DNA of 64,000 nt, taken from Macrostomum hystrix. Taxonomy: Eukaryota; Animalia; Platyhelminthes. Each line of letters starts with the position of its first letter. Within the stretch, counting starts at the first letter, position 1. Position numbers and translations under genes: made by a program. Location: the NCBI GenBank assembly GCA_950097015.1, contig CATNEN010000025.1, forward strand, positions 4,774,001 to 4,838,000. Reading direction: 5' to 3'. Below are positions 51,271 through 61,362 of the stretch, piece by piece. A model generated the notes under the pieces. It searched no databases, had not been told where the DNA came from, and saw only the letters and a program-made list of their open reading frames with translations.

Positions 51271-52153
51271 AGACTGATAAACATAAAAACAAATATATTT
51301 CATTGCTTCATTACAGTTTTATTTGTAAATGCATAAGAATATACAGCAAAATTGAGCATTTAGCCACAAAGACACTCCTAAGTATCAGTGCCTCATCAAA
51401 CTTATAAGTAATGATATGCAAGACAACAATTCTTTGGTGAAGGCCAGTAGCTAGGCACACACTAGCTGCTGATTTTTTGATTGACTAGAACTTAAGTCAT
51501 GGCTATCAACAAATAGCCACATGGACTAAACTTAGGGTTTTAGAGTCATACCTCCCAAACCTCCCAAATCTTACAGCTTACAGCTGAACCTCCCAAATCT
51601 TAGCCGGCCGTGCAACTTAGTTTTTGCTCTATTTACGACTTAGTTTGCTCTCATTTGCGACTTAGTTCGTTTCATTGCTCTATTTACAACTTTGTTTGCT
51701 CTCATTTGCTCTCTTTTTCTCTCCCCTTTTTCCTTTTCTTCACGCTTCCTTTTTTGTCGCTTGGTCCCCCCTTTGATTTTTTTGTGCTTGGTCGATTGGT
51801 TTTTGCGACTTACCTTGCTTGGCCCTCGTTTCACCCAGCCGGTTCGGCCGGGTCGGCCGGGTGTTGCGCATGTATGTTTAGAGTTGTTTTAACTTAGTTC
51901 ATAAAACCTTCAGACAGTCAATTTTCTTTTATAATAAACAATGGGTCAAATTTTCTTTTAATTTGACCTATTGATTGATAGTGATTTATGTCATTACTTA
52001 GATTTGTTAGAAAAATATTTAAAATAAAAAGTAAGACAAACTTTCTTCTTCAAACTGTAAATTTAATATACTTTTAATGTCTGTTTCAGTTTTCTTGTAG
52101 ATATCTGGGTCATTTGAATAGCAACTGGATTCAAATGCTAGCATCCAACAAGT

Positions 52154-52274
52154 ATGTCTACATCGCAGAGCATCATTAAACAACAGAATGACAATCGAAC
52201 TAAGTCAAAATTTTCTGTTGTCAACATTAACTCTGTCTATCAGGGACAAGATGCTAACCCAAAGAAAGAAGTTG
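52154..52274 (+). CDS. PRRC2: PRRC2/BAT2-like protein, coding exon 1 (BAT2_N start)
   Basis: MSTSQSIIKQQNDNRTKSKFSVVNINSVYQGQ matches the K(F/Y)..LN.N..YKGK motif; upstream acceptor at about 52100; phase-1 donor G|GTAAGT. Confidence 0.8.
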
Positions 52275-52765
52275 GTAAGTATGAATAACTTTTTCAAAAT
52301 TATTGTTTATCAACAAAAAGAAGTGATTTTAAGATGATCAAATTGCCTTAACAGTAGAAAGACCATGTGGGTATTTCAACCGCCCGAATTTTTCTTTTTT
52401 TTCATGTATTTCCTAAAATATTCAACCAATCACAATGAAAATGCAGAACATGGTCTAAAATTTTCCGATCTATCCAACTAGAGAACTTCCAGAATTACAT
52501 AACATCGGCATCGTCGAGATTCTCGTCGGGTGTTTGTTGGCAAAAATCAGATTTAGAAAAAAAGCCTTTTTACACTACTTTGTTGTGTTGATTGTATTGT
52601 TAATCTCAATGATGCTTACTCGAATGGATTCTAAAGTTAGTTTATCCCAAAGGGCGGAAGATTTTGATGCGCATGGTGGATTTTCACGAAAATCATTCGG
52701 TTTGGGAGCTATCGTGAAATTGGCAGCGGGCATCTAGAATTCTCTCCCGCGCCAACATCCCGCAG

Positions 52766-53851
52766 TAGTACAGCGAGCTGCTCCCGGTCTGCAATCGCTG
52801 GGCCGAGTTCAGTCGGCTCGCCGATCAACATCCAACAATTCACTCGCAGCCCAGTCCGAACCAATAGCCAAACTGGTCGAGATCAAAGATTCGCCGGCAC
52901 TGTCTACCTCCACTGCTAAACAGCAGCAGCAGCAGCAGCAGTCCCGGCCACTGCGCAGCGATTTGGACGAGATCACCAAAGGCGACATGGTTGCCACCGG
53001 CTGGGCGCTAGCCCACAACGACGAGCTGGACTATTCGGCCAAGATTGTCTTCAGCGACGAAGATGAGGACGTTAAAAGTCGGGCCACAACGGCGGACGCT
53101 GCAGTAAAGGCATCGGATGTGTCAGCTAAGCCCGCAGATTCAACAAAATCCATTGAAAGCAACGACAAGAGAGCCAGGCAGCCAAGGCAGCAGCAGCAGA
53201 AAAGGCACCAGAAACAGTTTAAATTAAAGCAGCAGCAGAAGCAAGAACACCAGCTCCAGTTGTCTATGGCAAAAAGCAAAGAAGAAGACTCTAAAACAGC
53301 TGGCAAAGCGGCGGACAGTTCTGGCAGTGCAAAGCCGAATGAAAAGTCTGCTGCGCCTGTCCAAAAGATTCTCGAGCAGCAGCAGCAGCAGCAGCAGAAG
53401 TATCGAAAGCCGTCTTCTGCCGAGGAAATGTCAAATTCCAGATTAGCTTCGCGCTGCTGGACTTCTTCGACGCCGCCTCCGTTGTCAACCGCCGCCTCGG
53501 CGCGTCCTACACCCCTCATGGACATTGTGTACAACGGGCCTCCACCAGACTTGGCTAACAGACGCCTTCAGCAACCATCGGAACTGGAGCTCACGTCGTC
53601 CCTGCTGCCGCACCAGGCTTCTCAGTCGGCATCGATGGACCAGCCCGTAAGGCGGCCGCGTCAGCTTCTCGGAGAGTGGACTCGAAGCGATCTGCGCAGC
53701 GTAGATCTGCCGGCACTGCTGGATTCGGCCTCGGCTAGCCCCGGTTCCCGCACCTTCGGCGCCAAGCTGGTATCGGTAATATCAATGGCGGTTGGACGCG
53801 AAAAAATGGCCGACGATAAAACGGGCGACTGCGATGCTGACCGCAACAAAA
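52766..53851 (+). CDS. PRRC2: PRRC2/BAT2-like protein, coding exon 2
   Basis: Acceptor CCGCAG|TA (tandem CAGTAG); PGLQSLGRVQSARR matches HGLQSLGKV..ARR; LDEI...GWALAHNDELDYSAKIVFSDED matches the GWAG...EVDY..KL.FSD.E motif; phase-1 donor A|GTGAAG (weak). Confidence 0.82.
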
Positions 53852-53944
53852 GTGAAGTCACTTAACATTGGCAATTGAAATATTTACTACTTGCAGTGTT
53901 AGTAGTGTTAAGTAATATTGTTTCCAAATTGTATTCCATTTTAG

Positions 53945-54990
53945 ATGTTGATGATTGCGACAATGCTCAGTGGGACGGGCCAGATGCTGTGCTTCATCAT
54001 TCCGACCAGCCTCATCAGTCCAGCCAGCCTCATCAGTCCAACCAGCCTCATCAGTCCAGCCAGCCTCATCAGTCCAACCAGCCTCATCAGTCCAGCCAGC
54101 CTCATCAGTCCAGTCAGCCTCATCAGTCCAGTCAGCTTCATCAGTCCAGCCAGCCTCATCAGTCCAGCCAGCCTCATCCGTCCAACCAGCCTCATCAGTC
54201 CAGTCAGCCTCATCAGTCCAGCCAGCCTCATCAGTCCAGCCAGCCTCATCAGTCCAGTCAGCCCCATCAGTCCACTCAGCCTCATCAGTCCAGCCAGCCT
54301 CATCAGTCCAGTCAGCCCCATCAGTCCAGTCAGCCTCATCAGTCCAGCCAGCCTCATCAGTCCAGTCAGCCTCATCAGTCCAGCCAGCCTCATCAGTCCA
54401 ACCAGCCTCATCAGTCCAGCCAGCCTCATCAATCCAGTCAGTCTCATCAGTCCAGCCAGCCTCATCAGTCCAGCCAGCATCATTCAGGTCAAGTGTCGCA
54501 GGCATGTGCCTTATCAGTCAGTTTCTCCAGCCAGCAGCGTCATTGTCTTAGCCAGTCTAGTCTGCCCAGACATCGACATCCAGTCCATCAAGTTAGTCAA
54601 CCAGCTAACAGCGACTTGGCTTGTGAAGCTCGCGACTCTGGTGTAGAAACCTCCGTCGACCTGCCCTCGCAAGGCAGCAGCAGCCGCAGCAGTCCTGGCC
54701 AGCTGGCGGCAACGGTTTCTACCGCTGACGAAGGTGCAATCAGTTCCATGCCGCACACAGAGGCTTTGACTGTCGATGATGCATCCCCAACTACGACGAC
54801 AACAAACGGCGTCTTAACAAATGCCGCAGTCGCTGCCTCCGCCGATTCCTTGGGCTTGTCAAGAATGGCTGCTCTTTGGCAGCCGGGAGTCGAGGCTGCC
54901 GCCGCTGCCACAACCGCCTCCGCTTTCCAGTTGTCTGGGGACAATGCCGCTTCCATAGCTCGGGCCAGCGGATTCGGCTCAGAGTTCAAA
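53945..54990 (+). CDS. PRRC2: PRRC2-like protein, coding exon 3 (contains the (QPHQSS)26 repeat)
   Basis: Acceptor CCATTTTAG|AT, phase 1, same frame, no stops; donor AAA|GTATGG. An alternative in-phase acceptor at 54487 would skip the repeat. Confidence 0.6.
54007..54474. repeat. 18-bp minisatellite (CAGCCTCATCAGTCCAGC)26
   Basis: 468 bp, equal to 26 units. Confidence 0.97.
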
Positions 54991-55062
54991 GTATGGCGCT
55001 AAAATATGCTTATCCAAACGAATTATTTTCCATTTTAAAAGTCATTGTCTTAAATTATTCAG

Positions 55063-55215
55063 TTTCCGGCACCCGTTGCGACACAGCTACCTCTATGCAA
55101 CCAGCTGCACCTGCTGCATTTGGGCCAATCGACACCTGCCAGTGAAAATCAACTGAACTTTTATCAGCAGCAAATTATTGCTAGCAAGTTCTTCACCAAT
55201 GCGCCGCCTCCTCCT

Positions 55216-55282
<67 letters not shown>

Positions 55283-55461
55283 CGCCAGCTAGCGGCTTAC
55301 TTAGCGGAGAAGTCAAACAGCTCAGCCGTCAAGTAGATCCGGCCGCGATGGCTTTGGCCGCCGCCTATGCTGGCCTTGTTCAAAACAGACAGGCGACTTC
55401 GAATCATTCGCAGCAGCAGTTGCCGCAGCAGCAGGCCCAGCAGCAGGCTATGGTTAGAATG
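55063..55461 (+). CDS. PRRC2: PRRC2-like protein, coding exon 4 (polyQ)
   Basis: Phase-0 acceptor TTATTCAG|TTT and phase-0 donor ATG|GTAAGA. Confidence 0.72.
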
Positions 55462-55560
55462 GTAAGATATTCTAGTTCATTGTTGATGCTTTGGTATAGA
55501 AATGAGATGATAAAGTTTTGTGTCTACTGCGACTAACAAATGTAGTACTACCTTTCACAG

Positions 55561-55719
55561 AAGTTGCAGCAGCAGCAGCAGCAGCAATCAGCAAGCGGTG
55601 TTGGCCCCGGTTGCCCAAGCAGCGCTGACAGAAGCAAAGGAAACAGCTTCAGCTTTGCCAAACCGCCTCCCGTAGCCGGTGTGGGCGCCGCGTGCGACAG
55701 CGCTGCCAGCTTTGCACCT
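55561..55719 (+). CDS. PRRC2: PRRC2-like protein, coding exon 5
   Basis: Branch-like GACTAAC, acceptor TTTCACAG|AAG, donor CCT|GTGAGT, all phase 0. Confidence 0.72.
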
Positions 55720-55822
55720 GTGAGTACTCGCTCAAATATGCGTTTAATCCTAATGAACAATCACAATTTTAAAATTCATAACGCTCACTCATATGTCCTA
55801 TTCAAAACGATTTCTTTTTCAG

Positions 55823-55939
55823 CCGCCTTCGGTCGCTCTTCCCAGCGGTGTAATACCATTCTCGCCTCATCAACCACCGCCTGGGTGCCAGCCACCGCCT
55901 CATCTGGCTCGACAGCCTTATCAACATCCGCTTCAATCC
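55823..55939 (+). CDS. PRRC2: PRRC2-like protein, coding exon 6 (Pro/Gln-rich)
   Basis: Acceptor TTTCTTTTTCAG|CCG, donor TCC|GTGAGA, phase 0. Confidence 0.7.
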
Positions 55940-55959
55940 GTGAGATGCACTTTAATTCT

Positions 55960-56355
55960 CTATGTACATTATCTGTCAACCAACCCCTACTCCCAATGTA
56001 CATTAGCTGCCGCCCAACCCCTAACTCCCAATGTACATTAGCTGCCGCCCAACCCCTTCTCCCATTGTACATTAGCTGCCAACAAACCCCTACTGCCAAT
56101 GTACATTAGCTGCCGACCAACCCATACTGCCAATGTACATTAGCTGCTACTCAACCCCTACCCCCAATGTACATTAGCTGCCGACCAACCCCTACTGCCA
56201 ATGTACATTAGCTTCCGACCAACCTCTACTGCCAACGTACATTAGCTGCCGCCCAACCCCTTCTCCCATTGTACATTAGCTGCCAACCAACCCCTACTGC
56301 CAATGTACATTAGCTTCCGACCAACTCCTACTGCCAATGTACATTAGCTGTCGAC
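55960..56355. repeat. About 34-bp intronic minisatellite (AATGTACATTAGCTGCCGACCAACCCCTACTGCC)n
   Basis: About 11 units. Confidence 0.93.
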
Positions 56356-56395
56356 CAACAAATATATCGAGTGTATTCCGACTGAATAATTTCAG

Positions 56396-56821
56396 CACGG
56401 CCCTCGCCCAGCCTGCCCGCCGCTGCAGTCCATGATGCCGATGGCAAATAATTCGGCTTCGAATTCAACAACTCAGGCGTCCGGGGCACCGTCGAGCCTA
56501 CCCTTATTTTTGCCCACGCAGCCGCCTCCTCGGACTCCGCTGCCAGCACGGCAGACTCCACTACAACAGCAGCAGCAGCAGCAAGGGCATCAATTTCGCT
56601 ACCCTCCTCCGCTGCCAGGATCAAGCTTTCCACCACCGTCGCTGACTTGCCCGCCGCCGCCGTTGCCGACTCCGCGAATGCGCTGCCCGCCGCCGCCGAT
56701 GCATGTGCGCCACCAGCCGCCGGCGTCGTTTTCGTCGTTGATGCAAGCAGGCCATCACCTGGCGAGGCCTCCGCCGAACCAGCGCTGGCGGGCTCCATTT
56801 TCGAGTTTGAAACACAACTAA
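56396..56821 (+). CDS. PRRC2: PRRC2-like protein, last coding exon (Pro-rich)
   Basis: Phase-0 acceptor TAATTTCAG|CAC; TAA at 56819-56821; AT-rich 3' UTR follows. The model totals 3354 nt, or 1117 aa. Confidence 0.72.
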   Translation, partial: HGPRPACPPLQSMMPMANNSASNSTTQASGAPSSLPLFLPTQPPPRTPLPARQTPLQQQQQQQGHQFRYPPPLPGSSFPPPSLTCPPPPLPTPRMRCPPPPMHVRHQPPASFSSLMQAGHHLARPPPNQRWRAPFSSLKHN

Positions 56822-57696
56822 AGCAATATTTATTAACAAACTTTAATATTGCATTGCAAATTATTTTTTTGCAATCGGTTTTTATATACAATTTTAAATC
56901 TGATGCGCATTCTACTTAACTACTACGAGTAGTTTATGTAAATGTAAATAGTTTTTTTTCTTCTAGTGTTGCAGTATAACTTTTTTATTACAAGCACTGG
57001 GTGTGTTTTATGTAGCTTTCTAGGCCCCTTTCTAGACTTCACCAACCTTCAGTGTTATATAATTTTTTTCACTCGATCGCTTTTTTACAAGTCTTTGTTT
57101 TTAGCATTCTGTATTGATAATCTGTAAATACACAAGTGCACATGTGTGTTTTCTGACAATTTTTTTATAATTTTATTTTGCGAGTTTATTTACACCTTTT
57201 TAATTTAAATAACGAAATCCCATTCAGAATGGAATGCGATTTAAACAAAAAAGTCTTTGGCAGCCTTTTTATTGTGCGCAGTGTTTTTACTGTTAAGTCA
57301 ATTTTTGCACAAATTTTTACTCTTCTTTTTATAAAAAAAAGTGTTTTTTGCTCGTCCCTAAAATAGGTCGCAGTGTCCTCTGTCTACATTCTCTCACACC
57401 CCCTAATCAGACATTTAGTTAGCAACGATTAGTAGTAGTATGTGACATTTTTTCTACTTCGCTCTGATCAAATCTACAAAATATATTATCTGTAAATTTG
57501 CAAAAATAAAATTAGACGCGCATACTATTTCAAGCAGTTTGGCTTGATTGCAATTTTGTCCATAACTTTATGAACATTTTTAATTATATAAACTGTTGCG
57601 AACATGGCTAAGCCTTTATATGTTTATTGAGTACTGCATTCAATTAAGATATTAAAAGCGTAGTTAACGCATAAGGTGTATTTGGCGCTTACTTTT

Positions 57697-58047
57697 AATA
57701 ATCCGCAGATAACTATATACAAATCAGTAGATGTCTGTTAATAATCCGCAGATAACTATATGCAAATCAGTAGATGTCTGTTAATAATCCGCAGATAACT
57801 ATATGCAAATCAGTAGATGTCTGTTAATAATCCGCAGATAACTATATACAAATCAGTAGATGTCTGTTAATAATCCGCAGATAACTATATACAAATCAGT
57901 AGATGTCTGTTAATAATCCGCAGATAACTATATACAAATCAGTAGATGTCTGTTAATAATCCGCAGATAACTATATACAAATCAGTAGATGTCTGTTAAT
58001 AATCCGCAGATAACTATATACAAATCAGTAGATGTCTGTTAATAATA
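57697..58047. repeat. 43-bp minisatellite, about 8 copies
   Basis: TAATAATCCGCAGATAACTATATACAAATCAGTAGATGTCTGT; period measured as 43. Confidence 0.96.
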
Positions 58048-58234
58048 TGTGGATGCTTCATTGCAGGCTATCGATCTCGGATGAAAATTGCTCGAATTTT
58101 TCACTAGTCTGTACATGGCGGTGTGATAATCGATAGATGTTTCATTTGAGTCTATATATATTTAGTTATTTAGTCAATAGATACTTCATTAAGGTATATC
58201 AGTTGAGAATCTGCAGATATTTCACTGAAGTCCA

Positions 58235-60570
58235 TAGATTTCGGTTGAGAATCGGTATATGTTTCATTAATGTCTATAGATTTCGGTTGAGAACCAGTAT
58301 ATGTTTCATTAATGTCTATAGATTACGGTTGAGAACCAGTATATGTTTCATTAATGTCTATAGATTACGGTTGAGAACCAGTATATGTTTCATTAATGTC
58401 TATATATTACGGTTGAGAACCAGTATATGTTTCACTAATGTCTATAGATTACGGTTGAGAACCAGTATATGTTTCATTAATGTCTATAGATTACGGTTGA
58501 GAACCAGTATATGTTTCACTAATGTCTATAGATTACGGTTGAGAACCAGTATATGTTTCATTACTGTCTATAGATTACTGTTGAGAACCAGTATATGTTT
58601 CATTAATGTCTATAGATTACTGTTGAGAACCAGTATATGTTTCATTAATGTCTATAGATTACTGTTGAGAACCAGTATATGTTTCATTAATGTCTATAGA
58701 TTACTGTTGAGAACCAGTATATGTTTCATTAATGTCTATAGATCACGGTTGAGAACCAGTATATGTTTCATTAATGTCTATAGATTACGGTTGAGAACCA
58801 GTATATGTTTCACTAATGTCTATAGATCACGGTTGAGAACCAGTATATGTTTCATTAATGTCTATAGATTACTGTTGAGAACCAGTATATGTTTCATTAA
58901 TGTCTATAGATTACGGTTGAGAACCAGTATATGTTTCATTAATGTCTATAGATTACGGTTGAGAACCAGTATATGTTTCACTAATGTCTATAGATTACGG
59001 TTGAGAACCAGTATATGTTTCATTACTGTCTATAGATTACTGTTGAGAACCAGTATATGTTTCATTAATGTCTATAGATTACTGTTGAGAACCAGTATAT
59101 GTTTCATTAATGTCTATAGATTACTGTTGAGAACCAGTATATGTTTCATTAATGTCTATAGATTACTGTTGAGAACCAGTATATGTTTCATTAATGTCTA
59201 TAGATCACGGTTGAGAACCAGTATATGTTTCATTAATGTCTATAGATTACGGTTGAGAACCAGTATATGTTTCATTAATGTCTATATATTACGGTTGAGA
59301 ACCAGTATATGTTTCACTAATGTCTATAGATTACGGTTGAGAACCAGTATATGTTTCATTAATGTCTATATATTACGGTTGAGAACCAGTATATGTTTCA
59401 CTAATGTCTATAGATTACGGTTGAGAACCAGTATATGTTTCATTAATGTCTATAGATTACGGTTGAGAACCAGTATATGTTTCATTAATGTCTATAGATT
59501 ACGGTTGAGAACCAGTATATGTTTCACTAATGTCTATAGATTACGGTTGAGAACCAGTATATGTTTCATTACTGTCTATAGATTACTGTTGAGAACCAGT
59601 ATATGTTTCATTAATGTCTATAGATTACTGTTGAGAACCAGTATATGTTTCATTAATGTCTATAGATTACTGTTGAGAACCAGTATATGTTTCATTAATG
59701 TCTATAGATTACTGTTGAGAACCAGTATATGTTTCATTAATGTCTATAGATCACGGTTGAGAACCAGTATATGTTTCATTAATGTCTATAGATTACGGTT
59801 GAGAACCAGTATATGTTTCACTAATGTCTATAGATCACGGTTGAGAACCAGTATATGTTTCATTAATGTCTATAGATTACTGTTGAGAACCAGTATATGT
59901 TTCATTAATGTCTATAGATTACGGTTGAGAACCAGTATATGTTTCATTAATGTCTATAGATTACGGTTGAGAACCAGTATATGTTTCACTAATGTCTATA
60001 GATTACGGTTGAGAACCAGTATATGTTTCATTACTGTCTATAGATTACTGTTGAGAACCAGTATATGTTTCATTAATGTCTATAGATTACTGTTGAGAAC
60101 CAGTATATGTTTCATTAATGTCTATAGATTACTGTTGAGAACCAGTATATGTTTCATTAATGTCTATAGATTACTGTTGAGAACCAGTATATGTTTCATT
60201 AATGTCTATAGATCACGGTTGAGAACCAGTATATGTTTCATTAATGTCTATAGATTACGGTTGAGAACCAGTATATGTTTCACTAATGTCTATAGATTAC
60301 GGTTGAGAACCAGTATATGTTTCATTAATGTCTATAGATTACGGTTGAGAACCAGTATATGTTTCATTAATGTCTATAGATTACGGTTGAGAACCAGTAT
60401 ATGTTTCATTAATGTCTATAGATCACGGTTGAGAACCAGTATATGTTTCATTAATGTCTATAGATTACTGTTGAGAACCAGCATATATGTTTCATTACTG
60501 TCTATAGATCACGGTTGAGAACCAGTATATGTTTCATTAATGTCTATAGATTACGGTTGAGAATCGGTAG
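58235..60570. repeat. 42-bp minisatellite with 462/1008-bp higher-order structure
   Basis: ATGTCTATAGATTACGGTTGAGAACCAGTATATGTTTCATTA, about 55 units; the 793-aa ORF is a period artefact. Confidence 0.97.
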
Positions 60571-60877
60571 ATGTTCCACTAAAGTCTAGAATCGGTGGAA
60601 AATCGGTAGATAGATTTTTCATTTGTCTAGCTTCGAGTAGGGTCTTATTGATAAGTTCTAGGAATTAGCAACAAATTAAACTACGCATGTGTTGTAAAAC
60701 TACTTCGTATTCTTAGTAAACTCTAACCTGAATGATTGAGTATAATTAAAGAAAAAAATAACTAAGAATGTAGTGCCTGCTACTTTTCTAAATAAACGAT
60801 TTGTGCAGTAAATAAATAGAAACTTTAAGAAACATTTTGTACAGAAACAGTTGATTTTTCCCCATCACTCTATGCCA

Positions 60878-61270
60878 TCAGATAGGCGCCCCGCTAGGCC
60901 AGGTCCATCGGCCAAGTCCTTGACGACCGCAGCGACCGCCGAAACTAATGGTTATAGGCAGCAGCAGCAGCAGCAGCATACTGAGGAACAATAGACTACC
61001 AGCTGTGGTTGCGGCGGCTGAGACCACCTTTAGACACCTTCTGCTGTGTGTTGCCATGGCAACCAGTTTCTCTTCTTCAACTTCGAGCAGTCCGTCTTTG
61101 AGCAACTGTCGGCAGAGCAAACGCTGCTGTTTAACTGCATCCGTTAGCGTTTGGACTCGCGTTTCCATAACAAACAGACTGGCGTTGGTCAGGTGACGCG
61201 CTGCTGCCAGTAGCTGACGACGGAGAAGTTCGACACTGGCGGTCAGAGCAGAACTGCTTGACTCCACCGC
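60878..61270 (-). CDS. Terminal exon of a tail-anchored helical/coiled-coil protein (possible KASH/nesprin-like)
   Basis: Candidate acceptor CACTCAG|GCG; amphipathic helical segment, one strong TM (SLLFLSMLLLLLLPITISF), then a 20-aa tail ending WTWPSGAPI-stop. Upstream exons lie outside the window or were not found. Confidence 0.55.
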   Translation of the reverse strand, partial: AVESSSSALTASVELLRRQLLAAARHLTNASLFVMETRVQTLTDAVKQQRLLCRQLLKDGLLEVEEEKLVAMATHSRRCLKVVSAAATTAGSLLFLSMLLLLLLPITISFGGRCGRQGLGRWTWPSGAPI

Positions 61271-61362
61271 CTGAGTGCGTTGCCAGTTGTAGGGATTTTT
61301 CTATTTCAAACTGAACTTGCGATTGGTTAGTAATGACTCCTGAGCCACTCAGACAGGGATGC

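Noticed and set aside
53858-54505. Antisense ORF of DEAGWT repeats as a GW/WG Argonaute-hook protein
   Set aside because: It is just the reverse frame of the 18-bp array inside PRRC2; it has no independent start, promoter or splice evidence.
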